Shown one piece after another: positions 1 to 9,620 of a stretch of DNA of 33,679 bases. Position 1 is the first letter of the stretch. Each line of letters begins with the position of its first letter. This DNA comes from Syntrophobacterales bacterium (lineage in GTDB: Bacteria > Desulfobacterota > Syntrophorhabdia > Syntrophorhabdales > WCHB1-27), in contig JADGQN010000003.1 of the NCBI GenBank assembly GCA_017881765.1, positions 1-33,679 on the forward strand, written 5' to 3'. The position numbers were made by a program, and so were the translations under genes. The notes below the pieces were generated by a model that did no database searches, was not told where the DNA came from, and saw only the letters and a list, made by a program, of their open reading frames with translations.

Positions 1-147
1 CGTCATGGTTTTTCCGCAGCCGCTTTCGCCGACGAGTCCGAACACCTCACCTTTGTCCAGTTCAAGATCAACGCCACCCACGGCTTTCGTTATTGTCCCA
101 TTGGAAAAAAAATAGGTGTGCAGATCTGAAACGGAGAGCAATTTCAT
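1..147 (-). CDS. Peptide/nickel ABC transporter ATP-binding subunit (DppD/OppD-like), N-terminal part only; runs off the window edge
   Basis: Manual translation of the reverse complement from ATG at 147 gives MKLLSVSDLHTYFFSNGTITKAVGGVDLELDKGEVFGLVGESGCGKTMT. This has a Walker A motif (GESGCGKT) and the typical OppD/DppD N-terminus. Not in the ORF track because it is truncated. Confidence 0.9.
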   Translation of the reverse strand, partial: MKLLSVSDLHTYFFSNGTITKAVGGVDLELDKGEVFGLVGESGCGKTMT

Positions 148-198
148 GCGCAGGAGGACCAGCAGATACAGTATCACAACGGTGAGGGCGGTTCAAGC

Positions 199-366
199 CG
201 ACCGCTTCGCTCGACGACCGCAGCCTTCGGCAGCTTAAGGACCGCTTCGCTTGAGGCGAGGAGACACAGGACTTTTGCCTCAAGTGCCAGGGGCGACGCT
301 CCTCAAGGGAGCGCAGCTCCCGGTCCTTAAGCGGGCTGTGCCCGCGGTCCTCGAACGCAGTGGTCG
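199..366. repeat. Nested inverted-repeat / hairpin array (REP-like)
   Basis: GCTTAAGGACCG (233-244) pairs perfectly with CGGTCCTTAAGC (321-332). GACCGC (216-221) pairs with GCGGTC (344-349), and CGACCGC (199-205) with GTGGTCG (360-366). GACCGCTTCGCT is directly repeated at 200 and 240. Side hairpins lie at 308-320 and 333-343. Confidence 0.8.
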
Positions 367-405
367 TATTTGATTATTTTGCCCCCATGGATTATACTTG
401 ATGCG

Positions 406-447
406 ATAGATTTCCACGGGCTTGCCCGCGGAAATCTATTAGCGAGC
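406..447. repeat. Palindromic element, copy 1 (ATAGATTTCC-ACGGG-CTTG-CCCGC-GGAAATCTAT followed by TAGCGAGC)
   Basis: Near-perfect 15-bp-arm hairpin with a CTTG loop. A related copy lies at 3645-3689. Confidence 0.8.
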
Positions 448-450
448 ACG

Positions 451-508
451 GCGAGTGTGAGGGGGAGGCTCCGACGGGTTTGCCGGCGGAGGGGGCGACG
501 CGAGCCCC
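451..508. repeat. GC-rich hairpin element adjoining palindrome copy 1
   Basis: CTCCGACGG-GTTTG-CCGGCGGAG forms a hairpin with one mismatch, and an outer GGCTC/GAGCC pairing is possible. Confidence 0.5.
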
Positions 509-538
509 ATCAATAGATGAACGGCCTGCAAAGGGTCA

Positions 539-566
539 TTGTGTATTCTCGTTATCTTCGTATGTT
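539..566 (+). promoter_or_regulatory. Possible sigma70 promoter for guaB
   Basis: TTGTGT-16 bp-TATGTT about 75 bp upstream of the guaB ATG. Weak consensus match found by eye. Confidence 0.3.
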
Positions 567-639
567 GAGACAAGTTGCGGGAGAGTGAGCGTCCCGGGTA
601 CCAAGGTTGGGCAAAGGCCCGATCAATAAGGAGCGTAGC

Positions 640-2106
640 ATGACTGAATATGATATCCCGGAAGGTTTGACTTTCGACGACCTTCTCCTCGTGCCTGCAC
701 GCAGCGAGGTTTTACCCGGGGATGTTGATGTCAGCACCTATCTCACGAACAGCATCAAGCTGAATGTTCCGGTGATAAGTGCGGCCATGGATACGGTCAC
801 CGAGGCCAAGGCTGCGATCTGTCTGGCCCAGGAAGGCGGCATAGGCATTGTGCACCGTAACATGGGGGTGCATGAACAGGTCCAGGAGGTGGAGAAGGTC
901 AAAAAATCTGAGAGTGGGATGATCGTCGATCCCATAGTGATATCGCCGGAACAAAAGATAAAGGATGCTCTCAGGCTCATGGCCGATTACAGGATATCCG
1001 GAATTCCTGTTACCCGGGGGAAGAGACTCGTCGGCATCATCACCAACCGGGATCTGAGATTTGAGACCAACCTGGAGCGCAAGGTTGAAGATGTCATGAC
1101 CAAAGAGCATTTGGTCACGGTTGAAGAAGGTATCAGCCTCGAAGAGTCAAAGAAGATCTTACACAATCACAAAATAGAAAAGCTGCTGGTGGTCGACGGG
1201 GAGTTCAACCTGAAAGGCTTGATCACCATAAAGGATATAGAAAAAGTCAGGAGATACCCGCTGGCGGCAAAAGATGCACTTGGCAGGCTACGCGTTGGAG
1301 CGGCGGTCGGTGTGGGCCCGGACAGAGAGGCCAGGATTGACCAGCTCTTAAAGGCCGGTTGCGACGTCATCGTCGTTGATACGGCTCACGGCCACTCCAG
1401 GAATGTGGTTGAGGCGGTCGAGGAGAGCAAACGCAACTTCAAGGATTTCCAGCTCATCGCCGGCAACGTAGCAACTGAGGAAGGCGCGGAGGCCCTGGTT
1501 AAAGCGGGCTGCGACGCGGTCAAAATCGGAGTAGGACCCGGATCGATCTGCACGACGCGCATAGTTGCGGGGGTCGGGGTGCCGCAGATGACAGCCATAT
1601 TTGCCGCCCACAAGGTAGCACAAAAGCACGGTATACCTGTTGTCGCGGACGGGGGCATAAAATTCTCGGGTGACATCACCAAGGCCCTCGCCGGAGGCGC
1701 TAACACCGTGATGATAGGGAATCTCTTTGCAGGGACTGATGAGGCGCCCGGCGAAATGGTCCTGTACCAGGGCCGGACTTATAAAGTGTACCGGGGCATG
1801 GGCTCCCTCGACGCCATGAGAGAAGGCAAGACGAGAGACCGCTACGGTATATCAGAGGATACGCCTGAGTCAAAGCTCGTTCCCGAGGGCATCGAGGGGC
1901 GCGTCCCCTATAGAGGTTCTCTTTCAGTCGCAATCCAGCAACTGGTGGGCGGGATTAAGGCGGGTATGGGATACCTCGGCTGCCAGAGCCTCAAGGAACT
2001 CCAGCAAAAGAGCAGCTTTCTGCGCATAACTGCCGCCGGCCTCAGAGAAAGTCACGTTCACGACGTCATCATCACCAGAGAAGCTCCTAACTACCGTATT
2101 GAATGA
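640..2106 (+). CDS. guaB: Inosine-5'-monophosphate dehydrogenase
   Basis: [19 protein letters not shown], a CBS pair, the catalytic [15 protein letters not shown] and YRGMGS. Start moved to ATG 640, which has AAGGAG at 628-633, instead of the TTG at 607. Confidence 0.98.
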   Translation: MTEYDIPEGLTFDDLLLVPARSEVLPGDVDVSTYLTNSIKLNVPVISAAMDTVTEAKAAICLAQEGGIGIVHRNMGVHEQVQEVEKVKKSESGMIVDPIVISPEQKIKDALRLMADYRISGIPVTRGKRLVGIITNRDLRFETNLERKVEDVMTKEHLVTVEEGISLEESKKILHNHKIEKLLVVDGEFNLKGLITIKDIEKVRRYPLAAKDALGRLRVGAAVGVGPDREARIDQLLKAGCDVIVVDTAHGHSRNVVEAVEESKRNFKDFQLIAGNVATEEGAEALVKAGCDAVKIGVGPGSICTTRIVAGVGVPQMTAIFAAHKVAQKHGIPVVADGGIKFSGDITKALAGGANTVMIGNLFAGTDEAPGEMVLYQGRTYKVYRGMGSLDAMREGKTRDRYGISEDTPESKLVPEGIEGRVPYRGSLSVAIQQLVGGIKAGMGYLGCQSLKELQQKSSFLRITAAGLRESHVHDVIITREAPNYRIE

Positions 2107-3650
2107 TGGATTACCACAAGGAATTAGTCTGTATTCTTGATTTCGGGTCGCAGTACACCCAGCTTATAGCGCGCAAAGTGAGAGAGCTTGGCGTCTACTG
2201 CGAGATTTATCCGTATAACTTCGAATTTGATAAACTAAAGGCCCTCAAGCCGAAAGGCATCATACTCTCCGGGGGACCGTCGAGCGTCACGGACATTGAT
2301 GCACCCATATGCGACACGCACATTTTCTCCCTGGGCGTGCCCATACTCGGAATCTGTTACGGTGTCCAGCTGATCGCCAAGCTCCACGAAGGCGAAGTTC
2401 AGAGATCGGAGAAACGCGAGTATGGCCGGGCCCACCTTTTTCTCGATCGGAATGATCTGCTCTTTGACGGATTGGCTGACGGCGAAGTGATCTGGATGAG
2501 CCACGGCGACAGCATCGTAAAGATGCCTCACGGATTTATACCACTTGCTCACTCGGAGAACTCTCCTTACGCTGCCATCAAACAGGAAGATGGGGTGATT
2601 TACGGTCTCCAGTTCCACCCGGAGGTCCACCACACGCCCAAGGGCAAACTGATTCTAAAGAACTTTCTCTACAGAATCTGCAAAGTCGAAGGCCTCTTTT
2701 CAGCAAAGTCGTTCATTGAGATGGTGACGAAGAAAGTACAGGCTGAAGTCGGTGATGGAAAAGTGATCTGCGCCCTCAGCGGCGGTGTCGATTCGTCCGT
2801 AGTCGCCACCCTCATTCACAAAGCAATAGGCGATAGGCTCCGCTGCGTCTTCGTCGATAATGGCGTTCTGCGAAAGAATGAGGCGGCTGAAGTGCTCGAA
2901 ATATTCAAAGACAGGCTGCACCTTAATATCAGACATGTGGACGCCAGGGACATATTTCTCAACGCCTTAGCCGGTGTTAAAGACCCTGAGAAAAAGCGAA
3001 AGATCATAGGCAGACTCTTCATCAAGATCTTTGAGGAGGAGGCGAGGCGCGTCGACGATGCGGCCTATCTGGCGCAAGGCACACTTTATCCTGATGTCAT
3101 AGAAAGCGTCTCCTTCAAGGGACCGTCAGCGACCATCAAGAGTCACCACAACGTGGGCGGCCTGCCCAAGAGGATGAAGCTCAAGCTGATCGAACCACTT
3201 CGGGAGCTTTTCAAGGATGAAGTGCGGGTCGTCGGCAAAGCCCTGGGGATGCCCGACAACATCGTTCACAGGCAGCCTTTTCCGGGACCGGGTCTGGCGA
3301 TCAGGATCATCGGCGAAGTGACACCCGAAAGGGTGCGGATGCTCCAGGATGCAGACCACATCATCAGGGAAGAGATAGAACGAAAAAAGAGCTTCAGGCA
3401 TGTATGGCAATCCTTCGCTATACTGATTCCCATCAAAACGGTAGGCGTCATGGGCGACGAACGCACCTATGCCCACGTTATCGCACTGCGAGCCGTTGAG
3501 AGTGAAGATGGGATGACGGCGGACTGGGCACGGATACCCTATGAAGTGCTTGACGTTATATCGAGACGGGTGATCAACGAGGTACCCGGGGTCAACAGGG
3601 TTGTCCTCGACATATCGTCCAAGCCCCCGAGTACGATAGAGTGGGAATAG
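2103..3650 (+). CDS. guaA: GMP synthase (glutamine-hydrolysing)
   Basis: [23 protein letters not shown], the [10 protein letters not shown]-loop, IKSHHNVGG and C-terminal [13 protein letters not shown] overlap with guaB. Confidence 0.98.
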   Translation: MMDYHKELVCILDFGSQYTQLIARKVRELGVYCEIYPYNFEFDKLKALKPKGIILSGGPSSVTDIDAPICDTHIFSLGVPILGICYGVQLIAKLHEGEVQRSEKREYGRAHLFLDRNDLLFDGLADGEVIWMSHGDSIVKMPHGFIPLAHSENSPYAAIKQEDGVIYGLQFHPEVHHTPKGKLILKNFLYRICKVEGLFSAKSFIEMVTKKVQAEVGDGKVICALSGGVDSSVVATLIHKAIGDRLRCVFVDNGVLRKNEAAEVLEIFKDRLHLNIRHVDARDIFLNALAGVKDPEKKRKIIGRLFIKIFEEEARRVDDAAYLAQGTLYPDVIESVSFKGPSATIKSHHNVGGLPKRMKLKLIEPLRELFKDEVRVVGKALGMPDNIVHRQPFPGPGLAIRIIGEVTPERVRMLQDADHIIREEIERKKSFRHVWQSFAILIPIKTVGVMGDERTYAHVIALRAVESEDGMTADWARIPYEVLDVISRRVINEVPGVNRVVLDISSKPPSTIEWE

Positions 3651-3689
3651 ATTCACACGGCTTGTTTGGGAGAATCTATTCTAGCGAGC
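3645..3689. repeat. Palindromic element, copy 2, overlapping the guaA stop codon
   Basis: GAATAGATTC (3645-3654) and GAATCTATTC (3672-3681) form a perfect 10-bp inverted repeat around CACGGCTTG, followed by TAGCGAGC. Aligns with 406-447. Confidence 0.7.
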
Positions 3690-3707
3690 CTCAGGAATAG
3701 TATATAG

Positions 3708-6700
3708 ATGAAAGAATTTGTCCATCTACACGTCCACACGCAATACAGCCTTTTGGACGGGGCCATTCGCTTCGATCCGCTTTTTAAAACAGCCAAGTCC
3801 TTCGGTATGTCAACCTGCAGTATCACGGATCATGGGAACATGTTCGGCGCGATCGACTTTTATACGTCGGCCCGTGACGCGGGTATCAAACCAATCATAG
3901 GATGCGAGGTTTACATAGCGTCGAAATCGCGATTCGAGAAAACGGCGCGCGGAGAAGATAACGCTTATCACCTTGTGCTTCTGGCACTCGATAATACAGG
4001 GTACCGCAACCTTATCAAGATGGTAAGCTACGCCCATCTCGAAGGCTTTTACTATGTACCCAGGATAGATCAGGGACTCCTTGAAAAACACCATGAGGGC
4101 TTGATCTGCCTTACGGCCTGCATCAAGGGGCGGGTGCCCCAGATGATACTGCGGGACGACGAAAAGGGATTGAAATCGGCTGTAGAGAATTATCTGTCGA
4201 TCTTCGGTGATCGTCTTTACTTCGAAATGCAGGACAACGGGATAGAAGAACAGAAAAAGGTGAATGAAGGCCTCGTGAAGCTGTCAAGGCAGTACAATGT
4301 GCCTTTGGTCGCGACCAACGACTGTCACTACCTCAGGAAGGAGGAATCAAAGGCCCACGAACTGCTTCTCTGCATCCAGACGGGCAAAGTGCTGACGGAT
4401 AAGGACAGGCTCAGTTTTTCGAGCGACGAGTTCTATTTCAAATCGGGCGACGAAATGGAGCGCTCCTTCTCTCAATACCCGGAAGCGATCACTAATACGT
4501 TAAAGATTGCCGAGATGTGCAATTTAAAGATCGATTCGGGTACCTATCACTTCCCTGCTTTTAAGGTGCCGTCCGATCAGAGCCTTGCCGTATATCTTGA
4601 AGATCTCTGTGTGCAGGGATTTGAAAAGAAGATCCGCCATATCGCCACAACCTATGTTCAGTTCCCCGACGACCTTCTGGCGAAATACAAAGAAAGGCTG
4701 AACTACGAACTGAAAGTGATCAAAGAGACAGGCTTTGCAGGCTATTTTCTGATAGTTTCCGATTTCATCGGTTATGCGAAGTCCCAGGACATACCGGTCG
4801 GCCCGGGAAGGGGCTCAGCCGCGGGGAGTCTCGTTGCCTACTGTCTCGAAATTACCAACATAGATCCAATCAAGTATGACCTCATATTCGAAAGGTTTCT
4901 CAACCCGGAGCGCATCAGCATGCCCGATATCGACGTCGACTTCTGTATAGAAGGCAGAGAGCGGGTCATTCAGTATGTCACCGAGCGGTACGGTAAAGAG
5001 AATGTCGCCCAGATCATCACGTTTGGTACGATGAAGTCGCGCGCGGCAGTGCGCGATGTGGGCCGGGCCCTCGGGGTTCCTTACGCTGAAGTCGATAGAA
5101 TTGCAAAGTTGATTCCCCCGGCCCTCGACATGACCATAGAACAGGCCCTTCACGACGAGCCCCGCTTGAAAGAGCTATACGAGAAGGACGCGGCCGTTAC
5201 CGAACTCATCGACAACGCCATGGTCCTGGAAGGACTCGCGCGACATGCCTCCACGCATGCCGCCGGGATCGTGATATCGAATAAGCCTCTGGTTGAGCAC
5301 CTGCCTCTCCACCGCGGGAGCAAGGGTGAGACCGTCACCCAGTACCCGATGAAGTCGATAGAAAAAATAGGCCTGATAAAGTTCGATCTACTTGGGCTGA
5401 AAACCCTCACCATCATCGACAACGTCATAAAAATGCTCAAGGCCCAGGGGGTATCCCTGGACATCACCAACCTCCCGCTTGATGACACCAAGACCTATGA
5501 GCTGCTCTCCTCAGGCAACGCGTCCGGTGTATTCCAGCTTGAAAGCAGAGGGATGCGGGACCTGCTCACCAAGCTCAAGCCATCGAAGTTCGAGGATATC
5601 ATAGCCCTCATCGCCCTCTACCGGCCGGGACCGTTGATGAGCGGCATGATGGAAGAGTTTATCAGAAGGAAGAACAACCCTGCCCTCATCAAGTACGAAA
5701 CGGGGTTGCTCGAAGATGTCCTCAAAGACACGTACGGAGTGATTGTCTATCAGGAACAGATCATGAAGATAGCGTCACGTCTGGGCGGTTTTTCCCAGAG
5801 CGAAGCCGATGCGTTGAGGAAGGCGATAAGCAAAAAGGTTCCGGAGCAGCTCGAGAGCTACCGTGAGCAATTCGTTCGAGGGTGCGCCGCGAACAGCGTG
5901 AAGGCGGATGTTGCCGCGAGGATATACGACGTCATTCTTCGATTCGGCCAATACGGTTTCAACAAATCTCACAGCGCGGCCTATGCGCTGGTGGCCTATC
6001 AGACCGCGTATCTCAAGACCCATCACTACCTTCCCTTCATGTCTGCGATTCTCACGAACGAGGTGAACGATACGGACAGCTTGATACGCTATGTTGCGGA
6101 ATGCAGAGAGAGTGGCGCCACTATCCTGCCGCCCGACGTGAACGAAAGTGATAAACCATTTACCATAGTCGATGGTAAAATAAGATTCGGTCTTTCCGGA
6201 ATCAAGAACGTCGGCGATGCAGCGCTGGACAGCATTTTGAGCGTCAGACTCGACGCAGGTTTCTTCACTTCTTTCGTCCACTTTTGCAGCCTTGTCGATT
6301 CCAGAAAAGTAAACAAGAAAGTTGTGGAGAGCCTTATCAAGGCCGGTTGTTTCGACAGCATGGGCATCAGCCGCACGCATCTACTGGCCATGGTGCGGGA
6401 CCGATGGGACCGGCTGCAAAAGAAGAACGGAGCCAACGGCCATCAAATGGATATGTTCGGCGCCGGCTCCGGTGTCGAAGTTGAAGAACCTGTGCCGGCG
6501 GGGGATGAACTCCCTTACGACGAGATACTCAGGGGAGAGAAGGAGGCCCTCGGCTTTTATTTCAGCCAGCACCCGCTTACCTCCCTGTCGGCGGAGATCA
6601 AGCGCATTACCCAGCATGACACCGCAAGCATTAAAGAGCAGGACCTTTCGGAAGACGTGAGTATCGTCGGCATAGTCAACGGTTACAGGGAGATTGCTAC

Positions 6701-7145
6701 TAAGAGGGGCGACCGGATGGCCTCCATCATGCTGGAGGACACAAAAGGTATTGTTGAAGTGATCATCTTCCCGGACCTCCTGTCAAAACATATCCTTCTC
6801 CTTAAGGGTGAAAATCCGCTGGTGATCTCCGGCTCCGTTGAAAAACTAGAGGACGGCACAACCAAGATCCGGGCCAAGCAGGTCGCACTCCTCGAAGATA
6901 ACCTGAGCGAAATGCGAAAAACGGTTAAGGTGATGATCAACTGTCGACTGTTCAAGAGACAGGAACTTAAGAAATTGAAGGATGTGCTTTACAGTATCAA
7001 AGGCGATTCTAAAGTGCTGCTGGAGTTTAACCTGGCCGGGGATAGACAACCGCTCTCGCTTGCGGAGCTGAGAATCGATGCGTCGAAGCTTGACGTTTTG
7101 ACCAGGCACTTTAAGGAAGGGGTCGCCGTAGAGGTGCTCGGATGA
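3708..7145 (+). CDS. dnaE: DNA polymerase III alpha subunit
   Basis: PHP domain (FVHLHVHTQYSLLDG), GPGRGSAAGS, catalytic PDIDVDF, KFDLLGL, YGFNKSH and a C-terminal OB fold. Normal length, no intein evident. Confidence 0.98.
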   Translation: MKEFVHLHVHTQYSLLDGAIRFDPLFKTAKSFGMSTCSITDHGNMFGAIDFYTSARDAGIKPIIGCEVYIASKSRFEKTARGEDNAYHLVLLALDNTGYRNLIKMVSYAHLEGFYYVPRIDQGLLEKHHEGLICLTACIKGRVPQMILRDDEKGLKSAVENYLSIFGDRLYFEMQDNGIEEQKKVNEGLVKLSRQYNVPLVATNDCHYLRKEESKAHELLLCIQTGKVLTDKDRLSFSSDEFYFKSGDEMERSFSQYPEAITNTLKIAEMCNLKIDSGTYHFPAFKVPSDQSLAVYLEDLCVQGFEKKIRHIATTYVQFPDDLLAKYKERLNYELKVIKETGFAGYFLIVSDFIGYAKSQDIPVGPGRGSAAGSLVAYCLEITNIDPIKYDLIFERFLNPERISMPDIDVDFCIEGRERVIQYVTERYGKENVAQIITFGTMKSRAAVRDVGRALGVPYAEVDRIAKLIPPALDMTIEQALHDEPRLKELYEKDAAVTELIDNAMVLEGLARHASTHAAGIVISNKPLVEHLPLHRGSKGETVTQYPMKSIEKIGLIKFDLLGLKTLTIIDNVIKMLKAQGVSLDITNLPLDDTKTYELLSSGNASGVFQLESRGMRDLLTKLKPSKFEDIIALIALYRPGPLMSGMMEEFIRRKNNPALIKYETGLLEDVLKDTYGVIVYQEQIMKIASRLGGFSQSEADALRKAISKKVPEQLESYREQFVRGCAANSVKADVAARIYDVILRFGQYGFNKSHSAAYALVAYQTAYLKTHHYLPFMSAILTNEVNDTDSLIRYVAECRESGATILPPDVNESDKPFTIVDGKIRFGLSGIKNVGDAALDSILSVRLDAGFFTSFVHFCSLVDSRKVNKKVVESLIKAGCFDSMGISRTHLLAMVRDRWDRLQKKNGANGHQMDMFGAGSGVEVEEPVPAGDELPYDEILRGEKEALGFYFSQHPLTSLSAEIKRITQHDTASIKEQDLSEDVSIVGIVNGYREIATKRGDRMASIMLEDTKGIVEVIIFPDLLSKHILLLKGENPLVISGSVEKLEDGTTKIRAKQVALLEDNLSEMRKTVKVMINCRLFKRQELKKLKDVLYSIKGDSKVLLEFNLAGDRQPLSLAELRIDASKLDVLTRHFKEGVAVEVLG

Positions 7146-8098
7146 GACATTATCTCGACTTTGAAAAGCAGCTCGAACCTATAGAGAAAAGGATAGAAGA
7201 GATACGGAAGTTTCACGATGTATCAGATCCTCATTATGCTAAAGAACTCGTCTCCCTGGAGAAGAAACTGCCCAAGATCGAGCGGGATGTATACGGGAAT
7301 ATGACTAATTGGCAGCGCTCCCAGCTTTCGCGCCACTTGAGCAGGCCGCACACACTGGACTATATTCACCATCTATGCACGGACTTTGTCGAGCTGCACG
7401 GGGACAGAAAGTTCATGGACGATCCGGCTATCGTGGGAGGCCTCGCCCGCTTTGATAACGTTAATGTTGTTATTGTTGGCCATCAGAAAGGCAAGGATGT
7501 CAGGGGCATGGCCGACCGCAATTTTGGCATGGCAAACCCGGAAGGCTACCGTAAGGCGATGAGGTTGATGGAACTTGCCGACCGATGGAAAAAACCGCTT
7601 GTCACGTTCATCGATACCCCGGGGGCCTTCCCCGGCGTTGGCGCGGAAGAGAGAGGCCAGGCAGAAACGATCGCCTCGTCAATCTATTCCATGTTTACGC
7701 TCCAGGTTCCCATCATCGTGATCATCATCGGAGAGGGGGGGAGCGGCGGCGCACTCGCCATTGCGGTTGGTGACAGGATCCTCATGCTGGAGAATGCCAC
7801 CTATTCAGTCATATCCCCGGAGGGCTGCGCGGCCATACTCTGGAAGGATGGCTCAAAGGGCTCGCTGGCGGCTGATGCGCTCAAGCCCACGGCTCAGGAG
7901 CTGATCAAATTGAAGGTGATCGACGCTATCGTCAAAGAACCTTTTGGTGGAGCTCATCGCTCCTGGGCAGAGACATTCGAGAACACCAGGGCCCTCCTCG
8001 CCAAGCATCTGAAGGAGCTTCTTGACATACCTCCGGAGGCCTTGAGAGACAAGCGGTACGGGAAATTCAGGGCAATGGGCGTTTTTGAAGAAAGATGA
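7142..8098 (+). CDS. accA: Acetyl-CoA carboxylase carboxyltransferase alpha subunit
   Basis: YLDFEK, ELHGDR, PEGYRKA, FIDTPGA, GEGGSGGALA and YSVISPEGCA. Conserved dnaE-accA adjacency with an ATGA overlap. Confidence 0.98.
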   Translation: MRHYLDFEKQLEPIEKRIEEIRKFHDVSDPHYAKELVSLEKKLPKIERDVYGNMTNWQRSQLSRHLSRPHTLDYIHHLCTDFVELHGDRKFMDDPAIVGGLARFDNVNVVIVGHQKGKDVRGMADRNFGMANPEGYRKAMRLMELADRWKKPLVTFIDTPGAFPGVGAEERGQAETIASSIYSMFTLQVPIIVIIIGEGGSGGALAIAVGDRILMLENATYSVISPEGCAAILWKDGSKGSLAADALKPTAQELIKLKVIDAIVKEPFGGAHRSWAETFENTRALLAKHLKELLDIPPEALRDKRYGKFRAMGVFEER

Positions 8099-8103
8099 TG
8101 AAT

Positions 8104-8287
8104 GCAGGTAAGGGCAAGATCAAAGGTAAAGGTAAAGACCGAAAAACACAGGTAAGGACGAGATAAAGGTAGAGGCAAAGATAAAGCGCCGAAGGGCTTG
8201 TGTTTAAGTTCTTCTCTCAACCTTCGTTCTTGTTTTTTCCTCTACCTGCTGGTGTATTTACCTGTCCTTGTATCTTACCTGTTCCTA
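8104..8287. repeat. Degenerate hexamer-period inverted repeat between convergent accA and the hlyC/corC-family gene
   Basis: Purine-rich arm 8104-8186 (AGGTAA/AGATAA/AGGCAA units) and pyrimidine-rich arm ~8212-8287. AGGTAGAGG (8167-8175) pairs with CCTCTACCT (8239-8247) and ACAGGTAAG (8148-8156) with CTTACCTGT (8274-8282). Central GCC-GAAG-GGC mini-hairpin. Confidence 0.65.
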
Positions 8288-9566
8288 CTCGCTCCAGCTT
8301 GACTTTTGCAATCCTCTGTCTGTGAATGCCTACTACCGTGAAACGATACCCATCATGGTAGACCATTTCTCCTCCGCGAGCTATCCCTTGTAGCTTTGAC
8401 AGTACGAAACCACCTAGCGTCTCATAATCAGCAGACTCGGGCAGCTCCAGATTGAGAATGGTGTTCAAATCCCTGATGCTATAGGAGGCATCCACGATCA
8501 TGGCACCGTCGGGGAGTCTCTCGATGCGGACATCGGTATCCGTCTCATCCATAATCTCGCCAAAAATCTCTTCCATGATATCCTCGAGAGAGACAATACC
8601 CACCGTCGTACCGTATTCATCGATCACCACGGCAAGATGCACGCGCCTCCTCTGCATGTCTTTCAGCAGCGCGCTAATCTTCATGGTATCGGGCACGAAG
8701 TAAGGCTTCTTAAGCACCTTCTCCAGATCGAACGGCTCGTTTGACCAGATGAATTTGGCAATATCTTTATGGTAGACAATTCCCTGGATATTATCGAGGT
8801 GGTCTCTATAGGCGGGATAACGCGAGAATTCGTTTTCAACAACATATTTGAGCACTTCTTCTCTGCTCTTCTCCATGTCAATAGCGTAGATATTGGGCCT
8901 GGCCACCATGATCTCTTTCACGGACCGGTCCACAAAATTGAAGACGCTATGTATAAGTTCTTCCTCCGTCCTGCCGAAAACGCCCTTTACCCGTCCTTCC
9001 TCGAGCAAGAGCTTGATCTCGTCCTCCGTGACAACCTCGTCTGCGAGCTTGAGGTGAAGGAGTCTCATCACGAGAGACGTAGATGCGTTAAGCAAACGGA
9101 CCGGGAAAGAGAGTATCTTCGACAGGAACTCGAAGATAGGCACAATGCCAATAGCCATACGCTCGCGGTAATTGATACCCATATGCTTTGGAACGAGTTC
9201 ACCCATTACGAGGAGCAGATACGTGAGGCAGAGAACGACGATGATGAGTGAGATGCTTTCCGAAAAGCGACCCACATAAGGGATTTCCCTGATCACCGGG
9301 TTCAGGAAGTGGACAGAGAGCACGCCCGCCAGGGCTGATGCCAGAGTGCCGAAGATGGTAATCCCGATCTGCACGGTCGGAAGAAACCTCTCCGGATTCT
9401 CCCGCATCTCTAAAAGCACCTCCGCCCTCTTGTCCTTCTTCTCCTTGAGCATGTCCTTGATCCTGCTCTTGCGGGAAGAGATTATGGCAAACTCTCCAGC
9501 GGAGAAGAAGCCGTTCAAGAGTACAAGGATAATGATTGCTATGATAGATAGGCTGAGGCTATCCAT
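8217..9566 (-). CDS. HlyC/CorC (CNNM/DUF21-CBS-CorC) family membrane protein, putative Mg2+/Co2+ transporter
   Basis: N-terminal LNGFFSAGEFAIISSR transmembrane domain, GELVPK, a CBS pair (SRYPAY, VIDEYG, SLEDIMEEIFGEI) and a C-terminal YETLGG CorC domain. Confidence 0.93.
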   Translation of the reverse strand: MDSLSLSIIAIIILVLLNGFFSAGEFAIISSRKSRIKDMLKEKKDKRAEVLLEMRENPERFLPTVQIGITIFGTLASALAGVLSVHFLNPVIREIPYVGRFSESISLIIVVLCLTYLLLVMGELVPKHMGINYRERMAIGIVPIFEFLSKILSFPVRLLNASTSLVMRLLHLKLADEVVTEDEIKLLLEEGRVKGVFGRTEEELIHSVFNFVDRSVKEIMVARPNIYAIDMEKSREEVLKYVVENEFSRYPAYRDHLDNIQGIVYHKDIAKFIWSNEPFDLEKVLKKPYFVPDTMKISALLKDMQRRRVHLAVVIDEYGTTVGIVSLEDIMEEIFGEIMDETDTDVRIERLPDGAMIVDASYSIRDLNTILNLELPESADYETLGGFVLSKLQGIARGGEMVYHDGYRFTVVGIHRQRIAKVKLERVGTGKIQGQVNTPAGRGKNKNEG

Positions 9567-9620
9567 GAGATGTGAGACAAAGATCCTGTGACGGCTTGGT
9601 TGTTCTCAAACAACGCGTAG

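Noticed and set aside
68-283. 71-aa minus-strand ORF
   Set aside because: Out of frame with the real ABC ATPase start (ATG 147) and runs through the palindromic repeat.
199-366. CRISPR array suggested by the repeated GACCGCTTCGCT and CCTCAAG units
   Set aside because: Repeats are only 7-12 nt and degenerate, the intervening sequences are short and partly self-complementary, the arms are inverted, and no cas genes are present.
607-639. TTG start for guaB given by the ORF track
   Set aside because: ATG 640 has a good AAGGAG site and gives a typical GuaB N-terminus.
3708-7145. Intein or split in dnaE
   Set aside because: Length of 1145 aa is normal, the motifs are contiguous, and no splice-junction motifs were seen.
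7954-8220. 88-aa minus-strand ORF after the CorC-family gene
   Set aside because: Its LSLPLPLS/FTFTFD pattern is the translation of the hexamer repeat, and the rest is antisense to accA.
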